NCBI GenBank assembly: GCA_007378985.1
Contig: VMHB01000001.1
Location: 252 to 64,251, forward strand
Length of the DNA: 64,000 bases
Origin: Parcubacteria group bacterium Greene0714_7
Lineage (GTDB): Bacteria > Patescibacteriota > Minisyncoccia > Phycocordibacterales > Phycocordibacteraceae
Direction: 5' to 3'
Of this stretch, positions 54,437-62,975 are shown in pieces (position 1 is the first letter of the stretch; every line of letters begins with the position of its first letter). The notes beneath the pieces were generated by a model. That model was not told where the DNA came from, did no database searches, and saw only the letters and a program-made list of their open reading frames with translations. Made by a program: the position numbers and the translations under genes.

Positions 54437-56251
54437 ATGAAAAATATCCGTAATTTTTCTATCATTGCTCATATAGACCACGGGAAGTCTACTCTGGCTG
54501 ATCGCATGCTTGAGGTGACTAACACCGTACCTACTCGTAAGATGCGTGAGCAGGTTTTGGATCAAATGGATTTGGAGCGAGAGCGTGGCATTACTATCAA
54601 GATGCAACCCGTTCGAATGAACTACACTCTGAACGCTACAAACTACGTTCTTAATCTTATCGACACTCCAGGGCACATAGATTTTGCGTATGAAGTATCG
54701 CGCGCGCTTACTGCTGTCGAAGGCGTCCTTCTCTTAGTTGATTCGACACAAGGTATTCAAGCGCAGACACTCGCAACACTTGCCATGGCCAGAGACGCTG
54801 GGTGTGTCATTATTCCCGTTTTGTCTAAAATCGATATGCCAGCATCGAGAGTGCCTGAGGTTCGCGGAGCTCTGGCGCGACTTTTGAATGTTGAGGAATC
54901 GGAAGTCTTATCAGTCTCAGGAAAAACAGGAGAGGGGGTGGCAGAATTACTTGTCGCCATTGTTGAGCGTGTGCCACCTCCTACCACTTCATATCCTAGG
55001 GCAGGGCAGGGAGGGAGAGCGCTTGTGTTTGATTTTTCATATTCAGAACATCGAGGGGTGGTGGCGTATGTGCGTGTGACTGATGGGGAGCTCCGTACTA
55101 AAGACACAATCTCTTTCATGGCAGTGGGAAAGAAAATGACTGCACTTGAGACGGGATGGTTAGTGCCAGCGGAATTTCCTACCCCATTTCTTTCAGCGGG
55201 CGACATAGGATATGTGGTGACGGGAATAAAGGAGCCTGGAGTTGCGCTGGTGGGTGACACTATTAAGGCAGGAAACTCTACCTTGCCCGCCTACGAGGGC
55301 TACAGTACTCCTAAGGCTGTGGTGTGGGCCTCTTTGTACCCTGACAGCCAAGATGGATTTACGCTTCTTAAGCAGGCACTTTTACGACTTAAACTCTCGG
55401 ACGCAGCACTTTCCTTTGAAGAAGACGGCTCTTCAGTACTTGGAAAGGGTTTTCGGTGTGGTTTCTTGGGTATGCTCCATATGGAAATTGTGACTGAACG
55501 TCTAACACGCGAATTTTCTATTACCCCAGTCATCACTACGCCCTCAATTATGTATGAGGTAACTGATACAAGGGGTAAGACAGAACAAATTTACACACCA
55601 ACACAATTTCCTCCGCACGGCATGATTGCGTCAGTTCGTGAGCAGTGGGTGAATATCGCAATTATTATTCCACCTTCCTACCTGTCACCGATGACACAAT
55701 TGCTCTATGAATACGAAGCAACAATACATTCCGCCGATCTTTTTGGTTTATCAGGATATGGAGATGACAGACTTCTCATTAAAGCTGAGATGCCACTTCG
55801 TGAATTAATGCGTGGATTTTTTGACCGTTTGAAAAGCGTGTCTTCTGGTTTTGCATCGCTCTCGTATGAGTTTGGAGAGTTTCGTCCCGCAACCGTTACA
55901 AGGCTCGATGTCCTAGTGGCAGAAGAGCTAGTGCCTGCATTTTCACGCATTATTTCGGAGCGTCGGGTTGAAGAAGAGGCTCGTGCACTTGTTGAAAAAC
56001 TTGCAAATACTTTACCTCGTCAGCAATTTGTTCTTAAAATACAATCACAGGCGAACGGTCGTATTATTGCATCACGCTCTCTCTCGGCTATGCGTAAAGA
56101 TGTGACGAGTGGTTTGTACGGTGGAGATGTTTCAAGAAAAAAGAAGGTGCTTGAAAAACAGAAAAGAGGAAAGGAGCGACGAGGAGGGCATGCAAAAGTA
56201 CAAATACCACCAGAGGTATTTTTGAAAATGATAAAACCAGACAGTAACTAG
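54437..56251 (+). CDS. lepA: Elongation factor 4 (LepA)
   Basis: IRNFSIIAHIDHGKSTL and DTPGHIDF. LepA C-terminal domain. Confidence 0.95.
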   Translation: MKNIRNFSIIAHIDHGKSTLADRMLEVTNTVPTRKMREQVLDQMDLERERGITIKMQPVRMNYTLNATNYVLNLIDTPGHIDFAYEVSRALTAVEGVLLLVDSTQGIQAQTLATLAMARDAGCVIIPVLSKIDMPASRVPEVRGALARLLNVEESEVLSVSGKTGEGVAELLVAIVERVPPPTTSYPRAGQGGRALVFDFSYSEHRGVVAYVRVTDGELRTKDTISFMAVGKKMTALETGWLVPAEFPTPFLSAGDIGYVVTGIKEPGVALVGDTIKAGNSTLPAYEGYSTPKAVVWASLYPDSQDGFTLLKQALLRLKLSDAALSFEEDGSSVLGKGFRCGFLGMLHMEIVTERLTREFSITPVITTPSIMYEVTDTRGKTEQIYTPTQFPPHGMIASVREQWVNIAIIIPPSYLSPMTQLLYEYEATIHSADLFGLSGYGDDRLLIKAEMPLRELMRGFFDRLKSVSSGFASLSYEFGEFRPATVTRLDVLVAEELVPAFSRIISERRVEEEARALVEKLANTLPRQQFVLKIQSQANGRIIASRSLSAMRKDVTSGLYGGDVSRKKKVLEKQKRGKERRGGHAKVQIPPEVFLKMIKPDSN

Positions 56252-56281
56252 GGTTTAGGGTATAGCGTTTAGTGTTTAGGG
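56248..56281. repeat. Family 1 repeat copy R4 (CTAGGGTTTAGGGTATAGCGTTTAGTGTTTAGGG)
   Basis: Supplies the lepA TAG stop codon. Confidence 0.7.
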
Positions 56282-56308
56282 AAGCACACCTTCAATACAA
56301 TACGAAAT

Positions 56309-56938
56309 TCAAAATTGTTTTGCGCGAGCAAGCATTTCCGGATAGATTTTACGCAAGATGTTCATAGTGTCTGAATTATTTGCATACTCTCCACTCTTTT
56401 TTCTTATAGCTTCAACAAGTTCATCTCCTATTCCAAATCGTCGCCACATTTCACAGGCATCATTGATTCCATACCGAGAGGGCTCTCGATGGGTCTCTGA
56501 GAAAATTTTATTATATTGCCTCACTTCTTTTTCTAACTCACCGTTTGGTGTTTCAACATATTCAAGAGCAGGCAGGTAATCTGTGAAATTAAATTTTCTT
56601 ATGTCATCAATATCCTGTAAGACTTTAAGCGCACTTCTTTTGATCCAAGTCTCGCTATTTTGACCTTTAATTCCCTTAAAGGCATCGGGAATCCATTCTG
56701 TCGTTATCTGATATTGCATATTGTCACAGACGAGGTGTACGAACCAGCCTTTTTTAAAGTCATCTAATTTAAAAAATGCATCATCTAAATCGGTAGGATG
56801 CGTGACTGTACGATCAATACCTGTTACATATCTACTATCAGGATAGAGAGTCCCAGCTATATATTTCTGCGTATCAGAAACACCGTACTTTTCTTTCAAA
56901 TCTAATGCGAACCGGATATGTGTAGCGGCGAGTGCCAT
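56309..56938 (-). CDS. Hypothetical protein
   Basis: ORF flanked by the inverted family 1 copies R4 and R5. Confidence 0.5.
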   Translation of the reverse strand: MALAATHIRFALDLKEKYGVSDTQKYIAGTLYPDSRYVTGIDRTVTHPTDLDDAFFKLDDFKKGWFVHLVCDNMQYQITTEWIPDAFKGIKGQNSETWIKRSALKVLQDIDDIRKFNFTDYLPALEYVETPNGELEKEVRQYNKIFSETHREPSRYGINDACEMWRRFGIGDELVEAIRKKSGEYANNSDTMNILRKIYPEMLARAKQF

Positions 56939-56983
56939 ATAAACATTGTATCAGGGGCAGTAAGTAGCTTTAGAGTCAGATTT

Positions 56984-57020
56984 CCTCTAAACGCTAAACC
57001 CTAGTGGCTACCCGCTAATT
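56984..57020. repeat. Family 1 repeat copy R5 (CCTCTAAACGCTAAACCCTAGTGGCTACCCGCTAATT)
   Basis: Inverted orientation relative to R4. Confidence 0.65.
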
Positions 57021-57141
57021 AAAGACTGGAAAGTAGAGCAAGATCATACTTGCAATGACCAAGACCGCTACAACGCTCCAGACTATTTGGACCTTTCCTT
57101 TGTGTTTTTTATCGAACAACATAGAGGCAGTATACAATGCG

Positions 57142-57212
57142 TTAGCCAATAGCCACTAGGGTATAGGGTCTAGGCTCTCCCTAATAACTAGTGGCTATAC
57201 CCTAATGGCTAA
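57142..57212. repeat. Family 1 repeat copy R6 (TTAGCCAATAGCCACTAGGGTATAGGGTCTAGG...ACTAGTGGCTATACCCTAATGGCTAATTC)
   Basis: Nearly identical to R1 in its first 30 nt. Confidence 0.7.
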
Positions 57213-57215
57213 TTC

Positions 57216-57590
57216 ATGACTCCCAAACAATGGAAACGGCTCTTTGCTCGCACTCTGCTCTGGGCAGGTTTTTTGGTTGGTGGGGCAATTTTGATTGTGT
57301 TTGCCTTTACTACATGGAATGTGTACATAAAAGAACGAGAGGCTCGGATTCAGCATAAAAATGAGGTGCATGCACTATCTGAGCTTTCAAATCGGAAAGC
57401 CACACTCACTGAAAATCTACAAAAATTTGATACTCCACGAGGAATTGAAGAAGAAGTGCGAAAACGCTTTCCTGTAGCAAAACCAGGAGAAGAGGAGATT
57501 ATGCTTATTGCTCCAAAACCCACTCCCAAAGCAACAAGCACTTCCAGCGCTACTTTTTGGAAAGGGTTGCTAGGCTGGTGGCCATGGTAA
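57216..57590 (+). CDS. Hypothetical single-pass membrane protein (FtsL/DivIC-like topology)
   Basis: N-terminal transmembrane helix and a coiled-coil-like region. Confidence 0.4.
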   Translation: MTPKQWKRLFARTLLWAGFLVGGAILIVFAFTTWNVYIKEREARIQHKNEVHALSELSNRKATLTENLQKFDTPRGIEEEVRKRFPVAKPGEEEIMLIAPKPTPKATSTSSATFWKGLLGWWPW

Positions 57591-57592
57591 TT

Positions 57593-57663
57593 GTGCGGGA
57601 TGGGAGAATCGAACTCCCGCCCGATGCTTGGGAAGCACCAGTTCTGCCACTAAACTAATCCCG
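57593..57663 (-). tRNA. tRNA-Gly (anticodon CCC)
   Basis: Acceptor GCGGGAT/ATCCCGC, anticodon loop TTCCCAA, T-loop TTCGATT. Confidence 0.8.
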
Positions 57664-57760
57664 CTCTATGGAGAATAATAGGATACCAAAGACTCTGGAG
57701 CAATAAGTGACTAGTTTTTTCGAGGGTGATATACTATCCAAACTAATAAATTAAAACTCT

Positions 57761-58018
57761 ATGGATCAGCCAACACAGCAAAAAACAGTCGCTATATACT
57801 CAACGCCTACTTGCCATTTCTGCCAAATGACAAAGGAGTTTTTTACAGAAAAGGGTATCGAGTTTACCAACTATGATGTCTCAAAGGATCTTGAGCGTCG
57901 CCAAGAAATGTTCAACATAACGAGTCAAATGGGTGTTCCAGTAACAGTTATCGGAGATGATGTAGTTATCGGTTTTGACAAGGAAAAGCTTTCAGAGCTT
58001 CTCAATATCACCGCCTAA
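57761..58018 (+). CDS. Glutaredoxin-like protein (NrdH/Grx family)
   Basis: VAIYSTPTCHFCQ active site at the N-terminus of a Trx fold. Confidence 0.75.
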   Translation: MDQPTQQKTVAIYSTPTCHFCQMTKEFFTEKGIEFTNYDVSKDLERRQEMFNITSQMGVPVTVIGDDVVIGFDKEKLSELLNITA

Positions 58019-58020
58019 TA

Positions 58021-58050
58021 AAAAACCCGCCAATTGGCGGGTTTTTTATT
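58021..58050 (+). terminator. Rho-independent terminator
   Basis: AAAAACCCGCCAATTGGCGGGTTTTTTATT. Confidence 0.75.
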
Positions 58051-58201
58051 GTGTGGTCACGAATATTTTTCCTGACGGAAAAATTTCTCGACCTCCTCTC
58101 GGTACGATTTTCTAATCGCCGGCTCACGGTCGCTTTGCGACATCGCTCCACCTGGCACAAAAGCAGAAAATCTCCCGCAGGGGAGATGTTTCTGTCTTCT
58201 G

Positions 58202-58273
58202 TGCCCTCAGCCAGAATCGAACTGACATCCTCTCCTTAGGACGGAGTAGCTCTATCCATTGAGCTATGAGGGC
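58202..58273 (-). tRNA. tRNA-Arg (anticodon CCT)
   Basis: Acceptor GCCCTCA/TGAGGGC, D-arm GCTCAATGGATAGAGC, anticodon loop GTCCTAA, T-loop TTCGATT. Confidence 0.7.
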
Positions 58274-58325
58274 GTTTGGGCAAATGTTGCGTGCCCTAGT
58301 CTAACACGATGCTATACTTTTTTGC

Positions 58326-58616
58326 ATGGATGAACAAAAATTAAGCGAGATGTACGAGTTTACAAAGGAGAATAACCATATGCTCAAAGCAATGCGCCGT
58401 GATGCATTTATTGGAGGCATTATAAAGTTCGTAATTTGGGTTGCTTTGTTTATTGTATTGCCTTATATAGCATGGCTCTTCATTCAACCGTATTTGCAAG
58501 GAGTAGTGGATACCTATCAGAATGTTCAAAAAACGACGAGTGCCGTGAGTAACACTACAACCGCTAATCTTTCTAAAATAGATGAGCTTTTAAAGAAGTT
58601 TGGGGGTGGGCAGTAG
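58326..58616 (+). CDS. Hypothetical small membrane protein
   Basis: One transmembrane helix. Confidence 0.4.
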   Translation: MDEQKLSEMYEFTKENNHMLKAMRRDAFIGGIIKFVIWVALFIVLPYIAWLFIQPYLQGVVDTYQNVQKTTSAVSNTTTANLSKIDELLKKFGGGQ

Positions 58617-58658
58617 AACCTAGATTTTAGCCATAAATTCGGCTAGAATATGCAGATT

Positions 58659-58731
58659 GCTGGGATAGCTCAGTTGGTAGAGCGCGCCCCTGAAGAGGGT
58701 GAGGTCCCCGGTTCGAACCCGGGTCCCAGCA
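58659..58731 (+). tRNA. tRNA-Phe (anticodon GAA)
   Basis: GCTGGGATAGCTCAGTTGGTAGAGC.., anticodon loop CTGAAGA, T-loop TTCGAAC. Confidence 0.85.
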
Positions 58732-58764
58732 CATTTAAAAGTTTGTTATAATTTCTTAAACACT

Positions 58765-59367
58765 ATGGATTTTAAGGATGTCCCTAAGCACTACGCATCG
58801 CGAACGCATGAAAAAATGCAAGAGGTTTTAATGAATCCAAGCGCTCCAGGGCCTGCAATTCATTACTACATGATCCGAGGGGGCTCTGATCAGCGTAACG
58901 TTACCGTTTGGGAACCAGGGCTTGTGAACGGTGAATATATCAAGACCTATGGCCATTACCATGTTGGCGATCTTGATGAAAACTACTGGATTATTCTTGG
59001 AGAAGGTATTGCGCTTCTTCAGAAGCGCGCACTTGATGCATCGGGGAATCCGCAAGCAGATGTTATAGAAGAGTTTCGTGCACTCTCTGTAAAAGCAGGG
59101 GATACGGTATACATGCCAAAAGATTTTGGGCACTTGGTAGTTAACACGGGGAAAACATATTTCGTAACAGCTGATGATAGTCCTGTCGATTTTGAAGAGC
59201 GCGACCCAGTGTCCTTACCAGGGCATGCTGATTACAAGCCAGTACAACAGATGCAAGGTTTTGCCTATTATGTAATCGAAAAAGATGGCAAGCCTGCGCT
59301 CGTGAAAAATCCAAAATACAAAGAAGTTCAGAAAACTGATTTTGGCGATCTACCTGTTGTGGGTTAA
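58765..59367 (+). CDS. pgiA: Cupin-type (archaeal-type) glucose-6-phosphate isomerase
   Basis: TYGHYH..ENYWIILGEG and GDTVYMPKDFGHLVVNTG match the cupin PGI metal-binding motifs. TGTTATAAT lies 12 nt upstream. Confidence 0.55.
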   Translation: MDFKDVPKHYASRTHEKMQEVLMNPSAPGPAIHYYMIRGGSDQRNVTVWEPGLVNGEYIKTYGHYHVGDLDENYWIILGEGIALLQKRALDASGNPQADVIEEFRALSVKAGDTVYMPKDFGHLVVNTGKTYFVTADDSPVDFEERDPVSLPGHADYKPVQQMQGFAYYVIEKDGKPALVKNPKYKEVQKTDFGDLPVVG

Positions 59368-59377
59368 GACACAAATA

Positions 59378-59470
59378 AAAAACCGCCCCTAAAACATTCG
59401 CGAAGCGAATGTTCGGGCGAACAAATCCTGACATACAAATGTCGAGATTTGTTTTAGCCGGGTTTTTTTT
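59378..59470. terminator. Convergent terminator region with nested hairpins (CATTCGC-gaa-GCGAATG inside an outer AAAACCG.CCCTAAAAC/GTTTTAG.CCGGGTTTT stem)
   Basis: Read directly. T8 lies at 59461-59468. Confidence 0.5.
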
Positions 59471-59472
59471 AT

Positions 59473-59949
59473 TTAACCTTTAACTTTGAGTTTTGTTTGT
59501 CGATTCTTATTTATTTTTGGAAGTTTGAGCGTGAGGAGGCCGTGTTTTTCACTCGCTTCAGCTGAATCAACATCAATTTCTGCAGGAAGCACGATTGTTC
59601 TCGCAAATGCTCCCCAATACAGCTCTCGGTATACATATCCATCCTCACTCACTTCTTTTTGGTCAACTCTCTTTCCCTGTATTGTCACCATATCTCTCGT
59701 GATAGCAATATCGAGGTCTTCTGGGCGTACTCCTGCCACGAGTGCACGAATCATAATGTCTGAATCATTTTGGTACACATCGACGGTAAGTTGTGCGGCA
59801 CCTGGCTCTTCACGCTCCGGAATGCTAGCGAGCGTAACATCTTCATCGTATGAAGAGCTTTGTGCAGGTGTTTTTTCTTCAAAGGTATCAAAGTCGTTGT
59901 CAAAGTTAGCACCAGTAAGTCGATCGAAGAATGAGGGTTTTTTTGCCAT
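59473..59949 (-). CDS. Hsp20/alpha-crystallin family small heat-shock protein
   Basis: ACD core (VDVYQNDSDIMIRALVAGV..GLLTLKLPK). Confidence 0.85.
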   Translation of the reverse strand: MAKKPSFFDRLTGANFDNDFDTFEEKTPAQSSSYDEDVTLASIPEREEPGAAQLTVDVYQNDSDIMIRALVAGVRPEDLDIAITRDMVTIQGKRVDQKEVSEDGYVYRELYWGAFARTIVLPAEIDVDSAEASEKHGLLTLKLPKINKNRQTKLKVKG

Positions 59950-59962
59950 GGTACTAAAATTA

Positions 59963-60700
59963 TTATTTTTTTCTTCTTCTCATAAATATCTTTTCCCACC
60001 AAAGTGGACGGGTCAGACTTTTGATACGTTCAAGTGCAAGTAGTACGAAAATGATACCAAACCACACGCCCAAGAAAACCGTGAGTGTAGCACCTGATCC
60101 ACTAGTGATTATAAGGAAATTAAAGAATGCATGCAACAGAATTGCGAGGATAACTCCTATGATGCCGTACCAAATTTTTTGTATTCGTTCTCGATAGTAT
60201 GCAAATGCGAGTGCTCCACCAATCACCGATGATGAGAGGACGTGTACTAATGTTGCTCCGATAAAACGAAGATTTCCAGACACTAAGCTTTCAAAGAATT
60301 GTCCATTTGCGAGAGGAGTGAAAATAAAAAGCGTGTTTTCGAGAGCAGCGAAGCCCAAAGAAACGGTGATGAGGTACATTGGAAAATCAATAGGTTCATC
60401 GGCATCGCGCTTTCGGAGAATCATTACATATGCAATTAAGAATTTTGTAACTTCTTCAATGCCTGCCCATATGAGGATGAGTGGAAAGCTCATATCGAAA
60501 TACATCGCAGCGACTTGCTGGAAGGGAAGAACAATGAGGACTCCCACCATACCCGACGTAAATGCTAGGAAGATGAGTTTTCTAGGTTCTGGGCGTTTAG
60601 AGTCTTCAAAGAGCCAAAAGGTAAGCCAAATGAGTGTTGGTATTAAGCTCAAGAGAAATGCCACGATAGCTGATTCAGTTCCTGAAAGGATGGGGAGCAT
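59963..60700 (-). CDS. PrsW-family intramembrane protease
   Basis: Polytopic membrane protein with EE..K and FAALEN..H motifs, as in PrsW/CPBP-like proteins. Confidence 0.65.
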   Translation of the reverse strand: MLPILSGTESAIVAFLLSLIPTLIWLTFWLFEDSKRPEPRKLIFLAFTSGMVGVLIVLPFQQVAAMYFDMSFPLILIWAGIEEVTKFLIAYVMILRKRDADEPIDFPMYLITVSLGFAALENTLFIFTPLANGQFFESLVSGNLRFIGATLVHVLSSSVIGGALAFAYYRERIQKIWYGIIGVILAILLHAFFNFLIITSGSGATLTVFLGVWFGIIFVLLALERIKSLTRPLWWEKIFMRRRKK

Positions 60701-60720
60701 ACGGATATTCTAACGCATTG

Positions 60721-60803
60721 ATTAGCCACTAAGTGTTAGCCACTAGCCATTAGGGAAGTATGCGATAGTTTCAGAACCCTAAACCCTAATGGCTATACCC
60801 TAG
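60721..60803. repeat. Family 1 repeat copy R7 (ATTAGCCACTAAGTGTTAGCCACTAGCCATTAGGG...CCCTAAACCCTAATGGCTATACCCTAG)
   Basis: Overlaps the last codons and the stop codon of valS. Confidence 0.7.
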
Positions 60804-62964
60804 TTTTTGGCCAGGGAGCAACCATTAATAGCTTGGTCTCCTTTTGAGGAAGATATGTCCATATCTCTTCAGTTACGAATGGCATGAATGGATGGAGGAG
60901 CCTTAGGAAGTGGTTCAGTGTCTCGTAGAGGAGTTTTTGCCTGGAGGCTTTCTCTTTTTCATTAGCTCCCTTGAGTATTGGTTTTGATGCTTCAATTATT
61001 TCGTCCGCAAATCTGTGCCAGATGAAGTGGTAAAGAATATCAAACGCAAGGTCGATTCTGAATTTTTCAATGTTTTCAGAAACACTCTTTGCCATGTCAG
61101 CTACTTCTATAGCTATCTGCGTATCTTCTCTTGTATACGGAGCATCTTGGGTATTACCACCACCATTCTCAAGGACAAACCGAGCTATGTTCCAAATTTT
61201 ATTTGCGAAGTTTTTATATCCCCGTATTTTTTCTTCAGAAATTTTACTATCGGTTCCTGGTGCCATGCCCGCAATTAAAGAAACACGCACTGCATCCATA
61301 CCGTACTTTGCCGCCATATCCAATGGGTCAATGTTGTTGCCTAAGGATTTTGAAATCTTTCGGCCTTGTCCGTCACGAACTAATCCATGAAGATAGACTT
61401 TTTTGAACGGCACCTCATCGAGGAGGAATCCACTCATGAGAATCATGCGGGCTACCCAGAAGAAGAGAATATCGTATCCAGTTTCAAGGATTGATGTCGG
61501 GTGGAATGTTTTTAAATCTTTTGTTGTGTTAGGCCAGCCCAAGGTCGAGAATGTCCATAATCCAGCAGAGAACCACGTGTCCAAAGTATCTGGGTCTTGT
61601 TCCCACCCGGCGCCTTCTGGTGCAACTGCCCCAACATATGTCTCTTCACCTCGATACCATACTGGTATACGATGCCCGAACCATATTTGGCGTGAAATAC
61701 ACCAATCACGAAGGTTGTCTATCCAGTGGAAGTATGTTTTTTCGTATCTCTCAGGTGTAATGTCTACTGCCTTACTCTCGACGGTCTCCCGCATCATTTT
61801 TCTTAGGGTTGTTTTCTTTCCATTTTTTTCAAACTCAGCATTAACCCCCACAAACCATTGACGCTTTACTTGAGGTTCTATAGTGCCTCCACCACGACTG
61901 TTTGTTGCAATGTTGTGGACATATTTCTCATCAATTTTATCAATGAGCCCTTTTGCTTTGAGCTTCTCAATGATTAGTGGACGAGCTTTTTTGATATGGC
62001 TCCCTTGAAATTCTCCTGCTATAGGGAGGAGAAGTCCGCGGTCGTCTATGACTTGCTCTATATCAAGCCCGTGGCGTTTCGCAATCTCGAAGTCCACCAC
62101 CGAGTGCGCTGGTGTAATGGTCATTACACCCGAACCCATTTCCATGTCAGCTGCTTTGTCTTTAATGATTGTTGCAGTGATGGGTCCGTTTATCCACTCA
62201 AGATCAAATGTCTGTCCATGTTTCCATTCGCTGTACCTCGTATCATCTGGATGCATCACAACATATTTATCACCGAACTTTGTTTCAGGGCGTACAGTGC
62301 CGATGACAAATGGTCCGTATTTGAAATAGTAGAATGGAACGGATTCTTCTACGTAGTCCATTTCATCATCCGAAACGGTAGTTTGGAGTTTTGGGTCCCA
62401 GTTTACGATTCGGTATCCGCGATAAATGAGACCAGCATTGTACATTCGTACAAAGGCCTCCATGACGGCATGGTATCTCGCGCTATCCATAGTGTAGGCG
62501 TAGCGAGAAAAATCTAGTGAAGCGCCGACACGTTTCATCTGTTCAATAATAGTTTTTTCGCTCTCTTTCACGAATACATCTATTCGTTTCAAAAGCTCAT
62601 CTCGTCCAAGGTCATGACGGGTTTTTTTCTCTTTCTTATAGATTTCTCCCTCCACCTTTGACTGGGTAGCGATTGCAGCAGAGTCGGCGCCAGGAATCCA
62701 GAGTGTTTTTTTGCCACTCATGCGAGCATGGCGAATGAGTATGTCTTCAATAACGAGCATCAATGCTGAGCCCATATGGAGAATGCCGGTAACATTTGGT
62801 GGGGGAAGTATCATTGAAAATGACTCCGCGCGTTCTTCCGTACCTTGTGGTGTAACAATAGGTGGGAGGTTGTCGGGATTGAAATAGCCACTTTCTTCCC
62901 AGCGTGTATAGATGGCCTCTTCCGTTTCTTTTGAATTATATGGTTGTAGAAATTTTGGATCCAT
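60793..62964 (-). CDS. valS: Valine--tRNA ligase (compact form)
   Basis: PPPNVTGILHMG (HIGH region) and KISKSLGN (KMSKS region). Confidence 0.85.
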   Translation of the reverse strand: MDPKFLQPYNSKETEEAIYTRWEESGYFNPDNLPPIVTPQGTEERAESFSMILPPPNVTGILHMGSALMLVIEDILIRHARMSGKKTLWIPGADSAAIATQSKVEGEIYKKEKKTRHDLGRDELLKRIDVFVKESEKTIIEQMKRVGASLDFSRYAYTMDSARYHAVMEAFVRMYNAGLIYRGYRIVNWDPKLQTTVSDDEMDYVEESVPFYYFKYGPFVIGTVRPETKFGDKYVVMHPDDTRYSEWKHGQTFDLEWINGPITATIIKDKAADMEMGSGVMTITPAHSVVDFEIAKRHGLDIEQVIDDRGLLLPIAGEFQGSHIKKARPLIIEKLKAKGLIDKIDEKYVHNIATNSRGGGTIEPQVKRQWFVGVNAEFEKNGKKTTLRKMMRETVESKAVDITPERYEKTYFHWIDNLRDWCISRQIWFGHRIPVWYRGEETYVGAVAPEGAGWEQDPDTLDTWFSAGLWTFSTLGWPNTTKDLKTFHPTSILETGYDILFFWVARMILMSGFLLDEVPFKKVYLHGLVRDGQGRKISKSLGNNIDPLDMAAKYGMDAVRVSLIAGMAPGTDSKISEEKIRGYKNFANKIWNIARFVLENGGGNTQDAPYTREDTQIAIEVADMAKSVSENIEKFRIDLAFDILYHFIWHRFADEIIEASKPILKGANEKEKASRQKLLYETLNHFLRLLHPFMPFVTEEIWTYLPQKETKLLMVAPWPKTRV

Positions 62965-62975
62965 AATAGAGAATG

